Assembly: GCA_964443105.1 (NCBI GenBank)
Contig: CAYUBU010000244.1
Location: 1 to 34,152 of the forward strand
DNA: 34,152 bases
From: an uncultured Nitrospirota bacterium
Lineage (GTDB): Bacteria; CG2-30-53-67
Direction of reading: 5' to 3'
Shown here: piece after piece, positions 25,362 through 33,050 of the stretch
Layout of the letters: the number at the start of each line of letters is the position of its first letter
Position numbering within the stretch: the stretch's first letter is position 1
Translations under genes and position numbers: made by a program
Notes under the pieces: generated by a model
Told to the model about the DNA's origin: nothing
Seen by the model: only the letters and a program-made list of their open reading frames with translations
Database searches by the model: none

Positions 25362-26876
25362 ATGGGTAGACAGATCGGTCTACTCCTGGACCGAAAGGGC
25401 ACGATTCGAACGGTGGTCGTGGGCGACAAAAAGGGAATTTTTCTCCCCGATCTCTCACGATACCGCAGCGCCTCGTCCCGGCTCTCCGGACTCCGCCTGA
25501 TTCACACCCATCTGAAAGCAGAGCCTTTGACCCGGGATGACTTGACCGACCTGGCGCTCCTCCGTCTCGACTTGATCGCTGCGATCTCCGTCGGCGAGCA
25601 CGGGCTGCCGGGGCCCGTCAACATGGCCCACCTCATTCCGAAGAACCATAAAAAGGAAGCCTGGAAAATACTCGATCCGCTGCCGCCCTACCAGATCAAC
25701 CTCGATTTCCTTCCCTGGGTCCAGGCACTGGAAACCGAGATCGCCCGCTCACAGCCGGCGGGCCGATTAAGGGACGTGAAGGACCGGGCCATTCTCATCC
25801 GGGCCGCTACCGGCAGCCGCGGGGCTGCCGAAGACTCACTGGAAGAGCTCAAGGAGCTCTGCCGTACCGACGGCATCGACGTGCTGGAGGTCGTCCTGCA
25901 GCGGCTCAGCAGAATACACCCCCGATCGGTGATCGGCGAGGGAAAGCTCAAGGAACTGGTCATCTCAGCCCTCCAGGCCGGCGCCAACCTGATCGTCTTT
26001 GACCAGGAACTCACACCGAGCCAGGCCCGGTCCATCGCCAACCTCACAGACATGCGGGTGATTGACCGGACCCAGTTGATCCTCGATATTTTCGCCCAGC
26101 ATGCCATGAGCCGGGAGGGAAAGGCGCAGGTCGAATTGGCCCAGCTTCGATACCTGCTGCCTCGCCTGAGCGAACAGGACGCGGGTCTGTCGCGACTGAC
26201 CGGCGGTATCGGCGGCCGGGGCCCGGGGGAAACGAAACTGGAGATCGGTCGGAGACGGACCCGGGAGCGGATTCATCGCCTGGAAAAAGAGCTCCGACAG
26301 ATCAACCTGGGCAGAAACCAGCGGAGGGCGAAACGTGTCCGGCACCAGGTGCCGATAATCTCCATCGTGGGCTACACCAATGCCGGGAAGTCGACGCTGC
26401 TCAATGGCCTGACGGAAAGTTCTGTTCTGGTTAAAGACAAGCTCTTCGCCACTCTGGACACCGCGACCCGGCGGCTCAGGTTCCCCCAGGAGCGGGAGGT
26501 GATCATCACCGACACCGTCGGTTTTATACGAAATCTGCCGAAAGACCTCCTGGGCGCTTTTCGGGCCACCCTCGATGAATTGAGGGACGCCAACCTGCTG
26601 CTCCACGTGGTGGACCTGTCCAACAACCAGTTTGAAGCACAGATCGAGGCGGTGGAGAAGATTCTGTCCGATCTGGACCTCCTCTCGCTTCCGAGCCTGC
26701 TGGTTTTCAACAAGATCGATCAGGTGCCCCCGGAGGTGGCGGGGAATCTCTGCCGGCGGTACGGTGCAATCCCCATCGCTGCCGCACGCAAAGAGGGGCT
26801 GGACCGTCTTACCGAGAGGATCGAACAAACGCTCTGGAACCGTCAGGCGGGGCGACCCGTCTCGCCGACGGCATGA
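25362..26876 (+). CDS. hflX: GTPase HflX, long form. The coordinates give the minimal ATG-initiated ORF; the protein probably starts upstream at ATT 25218 (see findings).
   Basis: The HflX N-domain segment is VIDRTQLILDIFAQHAMSREGKAQVELAQLRYLLPRL and GGRGPGETKLE. G1 is GYTNAGKSTLLN, G3 is DTVGF and G4 is NKID. ATG 25362 has no SD. Confidence 0.9.
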   Translation: MGRQIGLLLDRKGTIRTVVVGDKKGIFLPDLSRYRSASSRLSGLRLIHTHLKAEPLTRDDLTDLALLRLDLIAAISVGEHGLPGPVNMAHLIPKNHKKEAWKILDPLPPYQINLDFLPWVQALETEIARSQPAGRLRDVKDRAILIRAATGSRGAAEDSLEELKELCRTDGIDVLEVVLQRLSRIHPRSVIGEGKLKELVISALQAGANLIVFDQELTPSQARSIANLTDMRVIDRTQLILDIFAQHAMSREGKAQVELAQLRYLLPRLSEQDAGLSRLTGGIGGRGPGETKLEIGRRRTRERIHRLEKELRQINLGRNQRRAKRVRHQVPIISIVGYTNAGKSTLLNGLTESSVLVKDKLFATLDTATRRLRFPQEREVIITDTVGFIRNLPKDLLGAFRATLDELRDANLLLHVVDLSNNQFEAQIEAVEKILSDLDLLSLPSLLVFNKIDQVPPEVAGNLCRRYGAIPIAAARKEGLDRLTERIEQTLWNRQAGRPVSPTA

Positions 26877-27063
26877 ACCGGCCCCGCAGAGCTCCCGGAG
26901 ACGTGCAAAAAGGAACTTTCTCATGTGCCATTTTGCGCACCCTATAAAAACCAGGGAATTTAAGGGCTTACATAGAAAGCGGTGGAGGCGGCATTTGAAA
27001 ACGGAAGAAAATGAGCACCCCCGTGGGAACGCGGATTCTTCTCTAAACAATATTGTTTAATAT

Positions 27064-27076
27064 AATCAATGTGTTA
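27064..27076 (+). promoter_or_regulatory. IHF-consensus site (WATCAANNNNTTR).
   Basis: aATCAAtgtgTTA matches every defined position. It lies between a 14-bp palindrome (27045-27058) and the sigma-54 -24 element. Confidence 0.35.
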
Positions 27077-27092
27077 CGAAAAAACGGCGTTG

Positions 27093-27108
27093 TGGCACGG
27101 AGTTTGCA
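27093..27108 (+). promoter_or_regulatory. Sigma-54 (RpoN) -24/-12 promoter.
   Basis: TGGCACGGagtTTGCA matches the TGGCACG-N4-TTGCW consensus at all core positions. It is intergenic and was the only such match I found by eye on either strand. Confidence 0.55.
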
Positions 27109-27118
27109 AGCTTAGAAT

Positions 27119-27220
27119 GAGTACAAGCACCTTTATTAAGTCTCTTTGCAGAGGTAGCTTAATAAAGTTCTGTCCTCCTTTCTTGAACTGATCGGCCTTT
27201 TTGGCCGATCAGTTTTTTTT
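27119..27220 (+). ncRNA. Candidate ~100-nt sigma-54-dependent small RNA with a CU-rich anti-SD stretch. The 5' end is predicted, not mapped.
   Basis: It is bounded by the RpoN promoter and a strong intrinsic terminator. A perfect 10-bp stem is formed by 27131-27140 and 27158-27167. The unpaired stretch is TTCTGTCCTCCTTTCTTGAA (27168-27187). Confidence 0.4.
27188..27220 (+). terminator. Strong intrinsic terminator.
   Basis: The stem is CTGATCGGCC (27188-27197) / GGCCGATCAG (27203-27212) with loop TTTTT, followed by T8. Confidence 0.85.
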
Positions 27221-27257
27221 CGGCCTTCTTTCCACCGCAACTGCCGGTACCCATATC

Positions 27258-27285
27258 TTGCAGAAAAACAAAGCTTTTTCTGCAA
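27258..27285. promoter_or_regulatory. Perfect inverted repeat with 11-bp arms, TTGCAGAAAAA-N6-TTTTTCTGCAA. Candidate operator or activator site just upstream of the GH57 promoter.
   Basis: Read directly from the sequence. It ends 7 nt before the -35 hexamer at 27293. Confidence 0.35.
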
Positions 27286-27292
27286 TTGCCGG

Positions 27293-27321
27293 TTGCTTTC
27301 AAATAGGACATTGTTTATAAT
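27293..27321 (+). promoter_or_regulatory. Sigma-70 promoter of the GH57 operon (TTGCTT-N17-TATAAT).
   Basis: Sequence is TTGCTTtcaaataggacattgttTATAAT, about 45 nt upstream of ATG 27366. Confidence 0.6.
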
Positions 27322-27365
27322 TCGGCGACGTGATTCGTCATAATGGCCCTACCGGGGAGAAGCGC

Positions 27366-29570
27366 ATGGCCAAGAAGGTTACTCTTTTGTGGGCGATCCA
27401 CAACCACCAGCCGGTCGGGAACTTTGACCATGTCCTGGAGGATGCCTACACCAAGTCCTACCTCCCCTTCCTTCAACTGCTCCAGGCAAACCCCCATATG
27501 AGGCTCACGCTCCATTATTCGGGATTCCTGCTGGAATGGCTCCTCCGGCATCATCCCGAATGCATCGACTTGATCCGGGCACTCACCGAACGAAACCAGA
27601 CCGAGATCATGACCGGTGGATTCTATGAACCGATTCTCACCACCCTGTACGATTCGGACAAAGTAGGCCAGATCGAGAAACTCAACCGCTTTATCGGGGA
27701 ACATTTCGGTGCCGATCCCGCGGGCGTCTGGCTTGCGGAACGGGTGTGGGAACCCCACCTGGCAGAGCCGCTCCACAATGCCGGGGCCCAGTACGTGATT
27801 CTGGACGACCACCATTTTATTATGGCCGGTCTGAGAGAAAAATCTCTCCACGGCTATTACATGACCGAAGAGAAAGGGCGGATCATCCGGGTCTTTCCTG
27901 GAAGCAAACGACTCCGTTACCTCATCCCCTTCCGCCCCGTGGAGGAAACCCTGAGTTATCTCGAAAGCCTCCGGGATTCCGTTGAATCGCCGCTGGCCAT
28001 TATGGGCGATGACGGCGAGAAATTCGGCGTGTGGCCCGGTACATACGAGAGCGTCTACCTGGAGGGCTGGCTCCAGCGCTTTTTTCAGGCCGTCGGTGAC
28101 AACAGCGATTGGATTGACGTCAAGCTCTTCTCCGAGGTTCTCGAAACCCATGAGCCACTGGGGCGGATCTACCTGCCAACCTGCAGCTATAGGGAAATGT
28201 CCGAATGGTCCCTGCTCCATGATGCCTCAGGCAGCTTTGAGAAGCTGAAGCAGAAGCTCAAGGAATCCGGCCTGGAAGAGCTGTCCGAACCCTTCGTGTC
28301 GGGCGGGTTCTGGCGCAATTTCTTTTCCAAGTATCCCGAAAGCAATCTCATGCACAAGAAAATGCTCTACGTGAGCACCAAGGTGCATCACCTCCCGGAA
28401 GGAGAGGCCAAACATCGGGCCCTCGACGAACTATGGAAAGGGCAGTGCAACGACGCTTACTGGCATGGCGTCTTCGGAGGACTCTACCTTCCCCACTTAA
28501 GATCGAGTATCTATGAACATCTGATCCGGGCCGAAACCATCGCCGACCACACGCGCCATCACGGCGAGGCCGCCTGGGCTGAAGCCTCCATATTTGATCT
28601 GGACAAGGATGGACAGGATGACGTGGTGATTGAGACCGAAACCTATACCGTCACCGTCAATCCTGCCGCCGGTGGAAGCATCGTGGAACTCGACTTCAGA
28701 CCCCGCTGCTTTAATCTGCAGGATACATTCACCCGGGTGCCCGAGTTGTACCACAGGGAACTCATCGACGCCCCGACACCTTCGGAATCCACGGGCGAGG
28801 TCAAAACCATCCACGAACGTGTTGTGGCCAAGGAGGCAGGGCTTGCGGACCAGATCGTCTATGACCCCTACCCCCGGAGATCTCTCATCGACCACTTTCT
28901 GGAGAGCGGTGAGACGCTGGATGCTTTCCGGCGGGCCCGGCATCGGGAGATGGGCGACTTCGTACAAGGCGCCTACGAAGCCGAACTGATCACAGGTCCC
29001 GGGGAGGCCCTGGCGGTTCTGCAGCGGCAGGGCGAGGTCCATCTCCGGCCCGACCGGTCGCTGCCCCAGCCCGTGGGGATCAGAAAGACCCTCAAGGCCC
29101 GGCAGGGAAATCCCGTGCTTCAGGCAGCCTATGAGATCGAAAACCTGGGGGACACGCCCCTTGAAGGACGCTTTGGAATCGAAATGAATATGACGTTGCT
29201 GGCGGGCAACGCCCCTGACCGCTACTACCTCCTGAATGGAAATCCGCCGGAGGAGAGCGCCCTGATCAGCGTGGGTGAAACCCGAAACATTTCGTCCATA
29301 CAGCTCAGAGACGATTGGAATGGACTCTCCATGGAGATCTCAACGGACCAGTCTGCTCTCCTTTGGCGCTTCCCCATTGAGTCCGTTTCCATGTCGGAAG
29401 CAGGCATTGAGAAAATTTATCAGAGTTCCTGCATGCTTATTCTCTGGGACATGCAGCTCGCCCCCCGCCAGACCCGGGAACTTGCCCTGGCCTTCACCTT
29501 TCATACGGTTCCCGGCCACAGTGACCGGGAACGAAAAGCTGAAACGGCGCAATCAATGACGGAGCAATAG
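27366..29570 (+). CDS. Glycoside hydrolase family 57 enzyme, 4-alpha-glucanotransferase/alpha-amylase type.
   Basis: It carries GH57 conserved regions: WAIHNHQPVGNF (HQP), GVWLAERVWEP (nucleophile Glu), MGDDGEKFG (acid/base Asp) and GQCNDAYWHG. I chose the start at ATG 27366 (MAKKVTLLW) after GGGGAGA. The track ORF starts at 27330. Confidence 0.9.
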   Translation: MAKKVTLLWAIHNHQPVGNFDHVLEDAYTKSYLPFLQLLQANPHMRLTLHYSGFLLEWLLRHHPECIDLIRALTERNQTEIMTGGFYEPILTTLYDSDKVGQIEKLNRFIGEHFGADPAGVWLAERVWEPHLAEPLHNAGAQYVILDDHHFIMAGLREKSLHGYYMTEEKGRIIRVFPGSKRLRYLIPFRPVEETLSYLESLRDSVESPLAIMGDDGEKFGVWPGTYESVYLEGWLQRFFQAVGDNSDWIDVKLFSEVLETHEPLGRIYLPTCSYREMSEWSLLHDASGSFEKLKQKLKESGLEELSEPFVSGGFWRNFFSKYPESNLMHKKMLYVSTKVHHLPEGEAKHRALDELWKGQCNDAYWHGVFGGLYLPHLRSSIYEHLIRAETIADHTRHHGEAAWAEASIFDLDKDGQDDVVIETETYTVTVNPAAGGSIVELDFRPRCFNLQDTFTRVPELYHRELIDAPTPSESTGEVKTIHERVVAKEAGLADQIVYDPYPRRSLIDHFLESGETLDAFRRARHREMGDFVQGAYEAELITGPGEALAVLQRQGEVHLRPDRSLPQPVGIRKTLKARQGNPVLQAAYEIENLGDTPLEGRFGIEMNMTLLAGNAPDRYYLLNGNPPEESALISVGETRNISSIQLRDDWNGLSMEISTDQSALLWRFPIESVSMSEAGIEKIYQSSCMLILWDMQLAPRQTRELALAFTFHTVPGHSDRERKAETAQSMTEQ

Positions 29571-30830
29571 ATGAAACTTCGAACACCTTTTATGCTCGCC
29601 GCACTCACTTTTCTTCTCGTCATCACGGCCGGCTCACCGCGCCTCCTGGCCGGCCCCAAAGATCCTCCGGCTCCTGAAACAGCAGCGACCGATGCCGTAA
29701 CGACCGGTGAGACCATCCCCACCTACGTTCAAAGGCGGATATTCAAGAAGGTCTGGAAAGAGAAGGAAGTCGATTTTCTCATCCGCTCTGCCGCCGTGGG
29801 CGATTTCGACGGCGACGGACTGAACGAACTGATCACCACCAACGGAAAGACGCTCCGTCTGGTCCAGTGGCATCATGGTCAGTTCAAAACGCCTTCCTCT
29901 TTTGCCGGAGAGGAAAAGAAACGATCCTCTTTTCTCTTCGGGAAGAAAAAATCCCAGGGCGTCGATCCGCTGGAAGCCGTCAACGACAACAATCGGAATC
30001 TTAATTACATCACTCTCACCGCGGGAGATTTCGACGGCAATGGAAGGGATGAGATTCTCTACAGGGGCATGGCGGAAGACCAGGTGCACTCCGGAATCCT
30101 TCAGTTCAGGGAGGGACAGTTTTCTCAACATCCCGGAGAACCGGGGATCTACCTGGATCTGTTTCACACGGGAGATGGCGACCCGGCTCTGGTGGGCCAG
30201 AATCTTGCTTCCAGCGGCGAGAGGATCAACCGCTACACGTGGAGCGCCGGAGGCTTTGTGGAAGAAGACTTGCTGACCCTGCCCGAAGACGTTAGGCTTT
30301 TTTCCGCCCAGAGCCACTATTCCCAGGATGCCGCGGCCTCGGCCTACGTCTCTATCGCTGATCCCGGGGCAATCCACTTCTACCGGTCCGACCTTCACCA
30401 AATCACCACTGTAGAAGCACTCTCGCCGCCGACGCTCTGCTCCATACGGATCCGAACCACCGGGGAGAACGGCGACACCGTGAAGAAACGGTTCGACATT
30501 CCCAAACGCTTTCTCACCGGTGACTTCGACGGTGATGGCCGTGACGAAGTTCTGCTCATTCTGAAACGGCCCGTCCTGGACGTCCGGGGTCTTCGCACGC
30601 TCCTGGCACACAATACGGTAGCCAGTCTCGTCCTCTCCAACGGTACGATCCGGGAATACTGGAACACCAAACCGATTTTCGGAGAAATCCTCGATCAGAC
30701 AGTGGGAGATATTGATAATAACGGTCGGGACGAGTTGATCCTCTTTACGAAGAAGGGCCTTGTCCCCTTTCTGAAGGGGACACAGATCCTCATCTATGAG
30801 CTCAATCTGCAGGGTAATGGTGCCGGATGA
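29571..30830 (+). CDS. Secreted FG-GAP/VCBS-repeat protein (hypothetical).
   Basis: It has a signal peptide (MKLRTPFMLAALTFLLVITAGSPRLLAG). Four Ca-binding-like repeats are present: GDFDGDGLNELI, GDFDGNGRDEIL, GDFDGDGRDEVL and GDIDNNGRDELI. Its ATG directly abuts the GH57 stop (TAGATG). Confidence 0.85.
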   Translation: MKLRTPFMLAALTFLLVITAGSPRLLAGPKDPPAPETAATDAVTTGETIPTYVQRRIFKKVWKEKEVDFLIRSAAVGDFDGDGLNELITTNGKTLRLVQWHHGQFKTPSSFAGEEKKRSSFLFGKKKSQGVDPLEAVNDNNRNLNYITLTAGDFDGNGRDEILYRGMAEDQVHSGILQFREGQFSQHPGEPGIYLDLFHTGDGDPALVGQNLASSGERINRYTWSAGGFVEEDLLTLPEDVRLFSAQSHYSQDAAASAYVSIADPGAIHFYRSDLHQITTVEALSPPTLCSIRIRTTGENGDTVKKRFDIPKRFLTGDFDGDGRDEVLLILKRPVLDVRGLRTLLAHNTVASLVLSNGTIREYWNTKPIFGEILDQTVGDIDNNGRDELILFTKKGLVPFLKGTQILIYELNLQGNGAG

Positions 30831-30897
30831 CCCGATCCTATGGTATAGTCAAACCGGAGGGATGGGAGTGGTGTCTTTGTTCACGGAGGAGAAGCCG

Positions 30898-31128
30898 ATG
30901 AGAGATAAAGAAGAAGCTCAACGTCTGCGCCTGATGGAACAAGAGCTAGCCGGTCTCGCGGAACATCTGGACCAATCCCGGCTGGAGTGGCGCGGACAGG
31001 TGGATGAGATGAAATTGGAGATTGAGTCGCTCAAGGCCTTCCTCCTGGAGCGGGATCCCCAATTCTCCGGACATTTCAGCAAGATCAAGGCGCAGGTTTT
31101 CCGGGAAAAGAACCCCGAATGGATGTAG
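30898..31128 (+). CDS. 76-aa coiled-coil mini-protein (hypothetical).
   Basis: GGAGGA lies 7 nt upstream of ATG 30898. The peptide MRDKEEAQRLRLMEQELAGLAEHLDQSRLEWRGQVDEMKLEIESLKAFLLERDPQF... has heptad character. An alternative in-frame GTG at 30868 cannot be excluded. Confidence 0.5.
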   Translation: MRDKEEAQRLRLMEQELAGLAEHLDQSRLEWRGQVDEMKLEIESLKAFLLERDPQFSGHFSKIKAQVFREKNPEWM

Positions 31129-31256
31129 GGAGGTTTCCGCGGGCCGGGGCGTCTCTGTGAGGGATGATTCCTGCCTGCCCTTCGCTCTCCGTGACATCGC
31201 CCCTGGGCGACAAACATCGGTTTGTGCCAGGGGTTTCTGACAATGCTAGACGAGTG

Positions 31257-32186
31257 ATGACCCGAAGAGAACTGATATACCCTCTGCTTCTCGTTATAGT
31301 GCTTTTCCATGCGCCGGTCAGGGCCGATCTCCACAGCTGGCAGGACGGAGACGGGGTCTGGCACGTCACCGACACCCTGGAGAAGATCCCCCGCCAGTAC
31401 CGTGAAGGCGCAACAACGCTTCAGGACAGGCCCCAGGCGGTCCAGCTTCCCGCAGACATCCCGGACCGCTCCGTTGCCACAGCAGAGGAACTTGATGGGG
31501 GCCTGTTCGAAGGCATCGTCCAAGAGAGACAGCAGCCGGGCAAGGGCTACAGCGTGCCCTACGACCAGAGCCGATCGAGCCTCATGGTCCAGGCAACTAT
31601 CAGCGACAAGCTGACGCTGCCGCTCATACTCGATACGGGCGCAACGTTTACCACCCTGTCTCGAGGGACCGCGAAACGTCTCGGCATCGATCTTAATGGC
31701 ATCCTGCCCCGCACCCAGCTTTCCACAGCAAACGGCATCATCGGAGCCCACCTGGTTCGCCTTCCGTCAATCCGCCTTGGTGAAGCCACGGTAGAGAATA
31801 TCACGGCGCTCATACCGGAACGGGACAGTCTGGGCGCCCATGGTCTGCTCGGTTTGAACTTCCTCAACGAATTCGATTGGTCCAATGATACGCTCAACCG
31901 CCAACTGACGCTGAAAGAGTTTTCCTCCGAGGCCGGTGAAGAAACCTGCGGCGGCCGAAGCCGCCAGTGGTGGCAGAAAAAGTTTAACGATGTGAAAGAC
32001 CGGGTCCGATTCGAGGAACATTTACTCAAGAATCTCAAAAACACGGACGAGCAGGGCCCCATCGAAAGGGACATCAAGGACCGTTACCTTGAGATTCAAG
32101 AAGCCAATGTCTCCTTTTTCCGGAAAGAGCTGGACCTTCTCGACAACAAAGCCAACCGTGCCATGGTTCCCAGATCATGGCGCTAA
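31257..32186 (+). CDS. Retropepsin-like (clan AA) aspartic protease with a signal peptide, a DUF4124-like N-terminus and a C-terminal coiled-coil extension.
   Basis: The signal peptide is MTRRELIYPLLLVIVLFHAPVRA. The DUF4124-like segment is LHSWQDGDGVWHVTD. The protease core is LPLILDTGATFTTLSRGTAKRLGI...GLLGLNFL, with the DTGA active-site motif. The longer track ORF (31164-) has no usable SD. Confidence 0.78.
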   Translation: MTRRELIYPLLLVIVLFHAPVRADLHSWQDGDGVWHVTDTLEKIPRQYREGATTLQDRPQAVQLPADIPDRSVATAEELDGGLFEGIVQERQQPGKGYSVPYDQSRSSLMVQATISDKLTLPLILDTGATFTTLSRGTAKRLGIDLNGILPRTQLSTANGIIGAHLVRLPSIRLGEATVENITALIPERDSLGAHGLLGLNFLNEFDWSNDTLNRQLTLKEFSSEAGEETCGGRSRQWWQKKFNDVKDRVRFEEHLLKNLKNTDEQGPIERDIKDRYLEIQEANVSFFRKELDLLDNKANRAMVPRSWR

Positions 32187-32207
32187 ACCGGGGAAGAGGG
32201 CTACGGA

Positions 32208-32996
32208 GTGCCAGTGTCTAAACGTTTGCTGGAAGTCGCCATCGCGGCAGCCAAAGCCGCCGGCAGAATTCAACTCCGCAACCTCTCTCGCCGCCTGCGC
32301 ATAAGAACCAAAGGTTCGTACACCAACCTGGTTACCGACGTGGATCTGCGCTGCGAACAACGGATTGTAGCGGAAATAGAGGCACACTTTCCCGGCCACG
32401 GGATCCATGCAGAAGAAGGAGCAAGGCGCGACACCCCATCGCCCTACCGGTGGATCATCGACCCCTTAGACGGCACCACCAATTATGCCCACGGGTACCC
32501 CGTCTTCTGCACCTCAATCGCCCTGGAGCACCGGGGGGAGATGATCGTAGGAGCCGTCTACGATGCCACACGGCGGGAACTCTTTACCGCGGAGAAAGGC
32601 AAGGGGGCGCGTCTAAACGGCAAACCGATCGCACCGTCCCAAGTCTCTGAACTGCCCGGCGCCCTTCTGGTCACCGGTTTTCCCTATGATTTCGCCAAGA
32701 GCCGCGAAAACCTCGATCATTTCACCAACTTTTCCCTTTCAGCACAGGCCGTCCGGAGAGATGGTTCGGCGGCCCTCAATCTCTGCTATACGGCCATGGG
32801 AAGGTTTGACGGCTTCTGGGAATACGGTTTGGCCCCCTGGGATCTCGCGGCCGGCAGTCTCATCCTGAAAGAGGCCGGCGGCCGGATCACCCTGGCCAGC
32901 GGCAGGCGTTTTTCAATCTATGGGGGAAATGTTCTGGCCAGCAACGGGAGCATCCACGGGGCCATGGGCCAGGTCATCAAAACCGGCAGCCCCTGA
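32208..32996 (+). CDS. suhB: Inositol monophosphatase family protein (SuhB-like).
   Basis: WIIDPLDGTTNYAHG and WDLAAG motifs are present. The start is GTG 32208 or, with better SD spacing, GTG 32214. Confidence 0.9.
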   Translation: MPVSKRLLEVAIAAAKAAGRIQLRNLSRRLRIRTKGSYTNLVTDVDLRCEQRIVAEIEAHFPGHGIHAEEGARRDTPSPYRWIIDPLDGTTNYAHGYPVFCTSIALEHRGEMIVGAVYDATRRELFTAEKGKGARLNGKPIAPSQVSELPGALLVTGFPYDFAKSRENLDHFTNFSLSAQAVRRDGSAALNLCYTAMGRFDGFWEYGLAPWDLAAGSLILKEAGGRITLASGRRFSIYGGNVLASNGSIHGAMGQVIKTGSP

Positions 32997-33050
32997 ATCG
33001 GCCTCCCCGGTCGGCGATAGTACGCCCGAGACACAGGGCGGCGGAAAAGC

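Noticed and set aside
25965-27050. 361-aa minus-strand ORF antisense to the hflX 3' half, extending into the intergenic gap.
   Set aside because: The plus strand carries the G1-G4 GTPase motifs of HflX. The antisense product is Arg/Pro/Gly-rich with no motifs.
27117-27191. 24-codon ORF (MSTSTFIKSLCRGSLIKFCPPFLN) inside the candidate sRNA, possibly leaderless.
   Set aside because: It has no SD and uses several codons rare for this GC-rich genome (TTA, ATA, AGA, AGT). Its stop falls inside the terminator stem. I keep it only as an alternative hypothesis to the non-coding interpretation.
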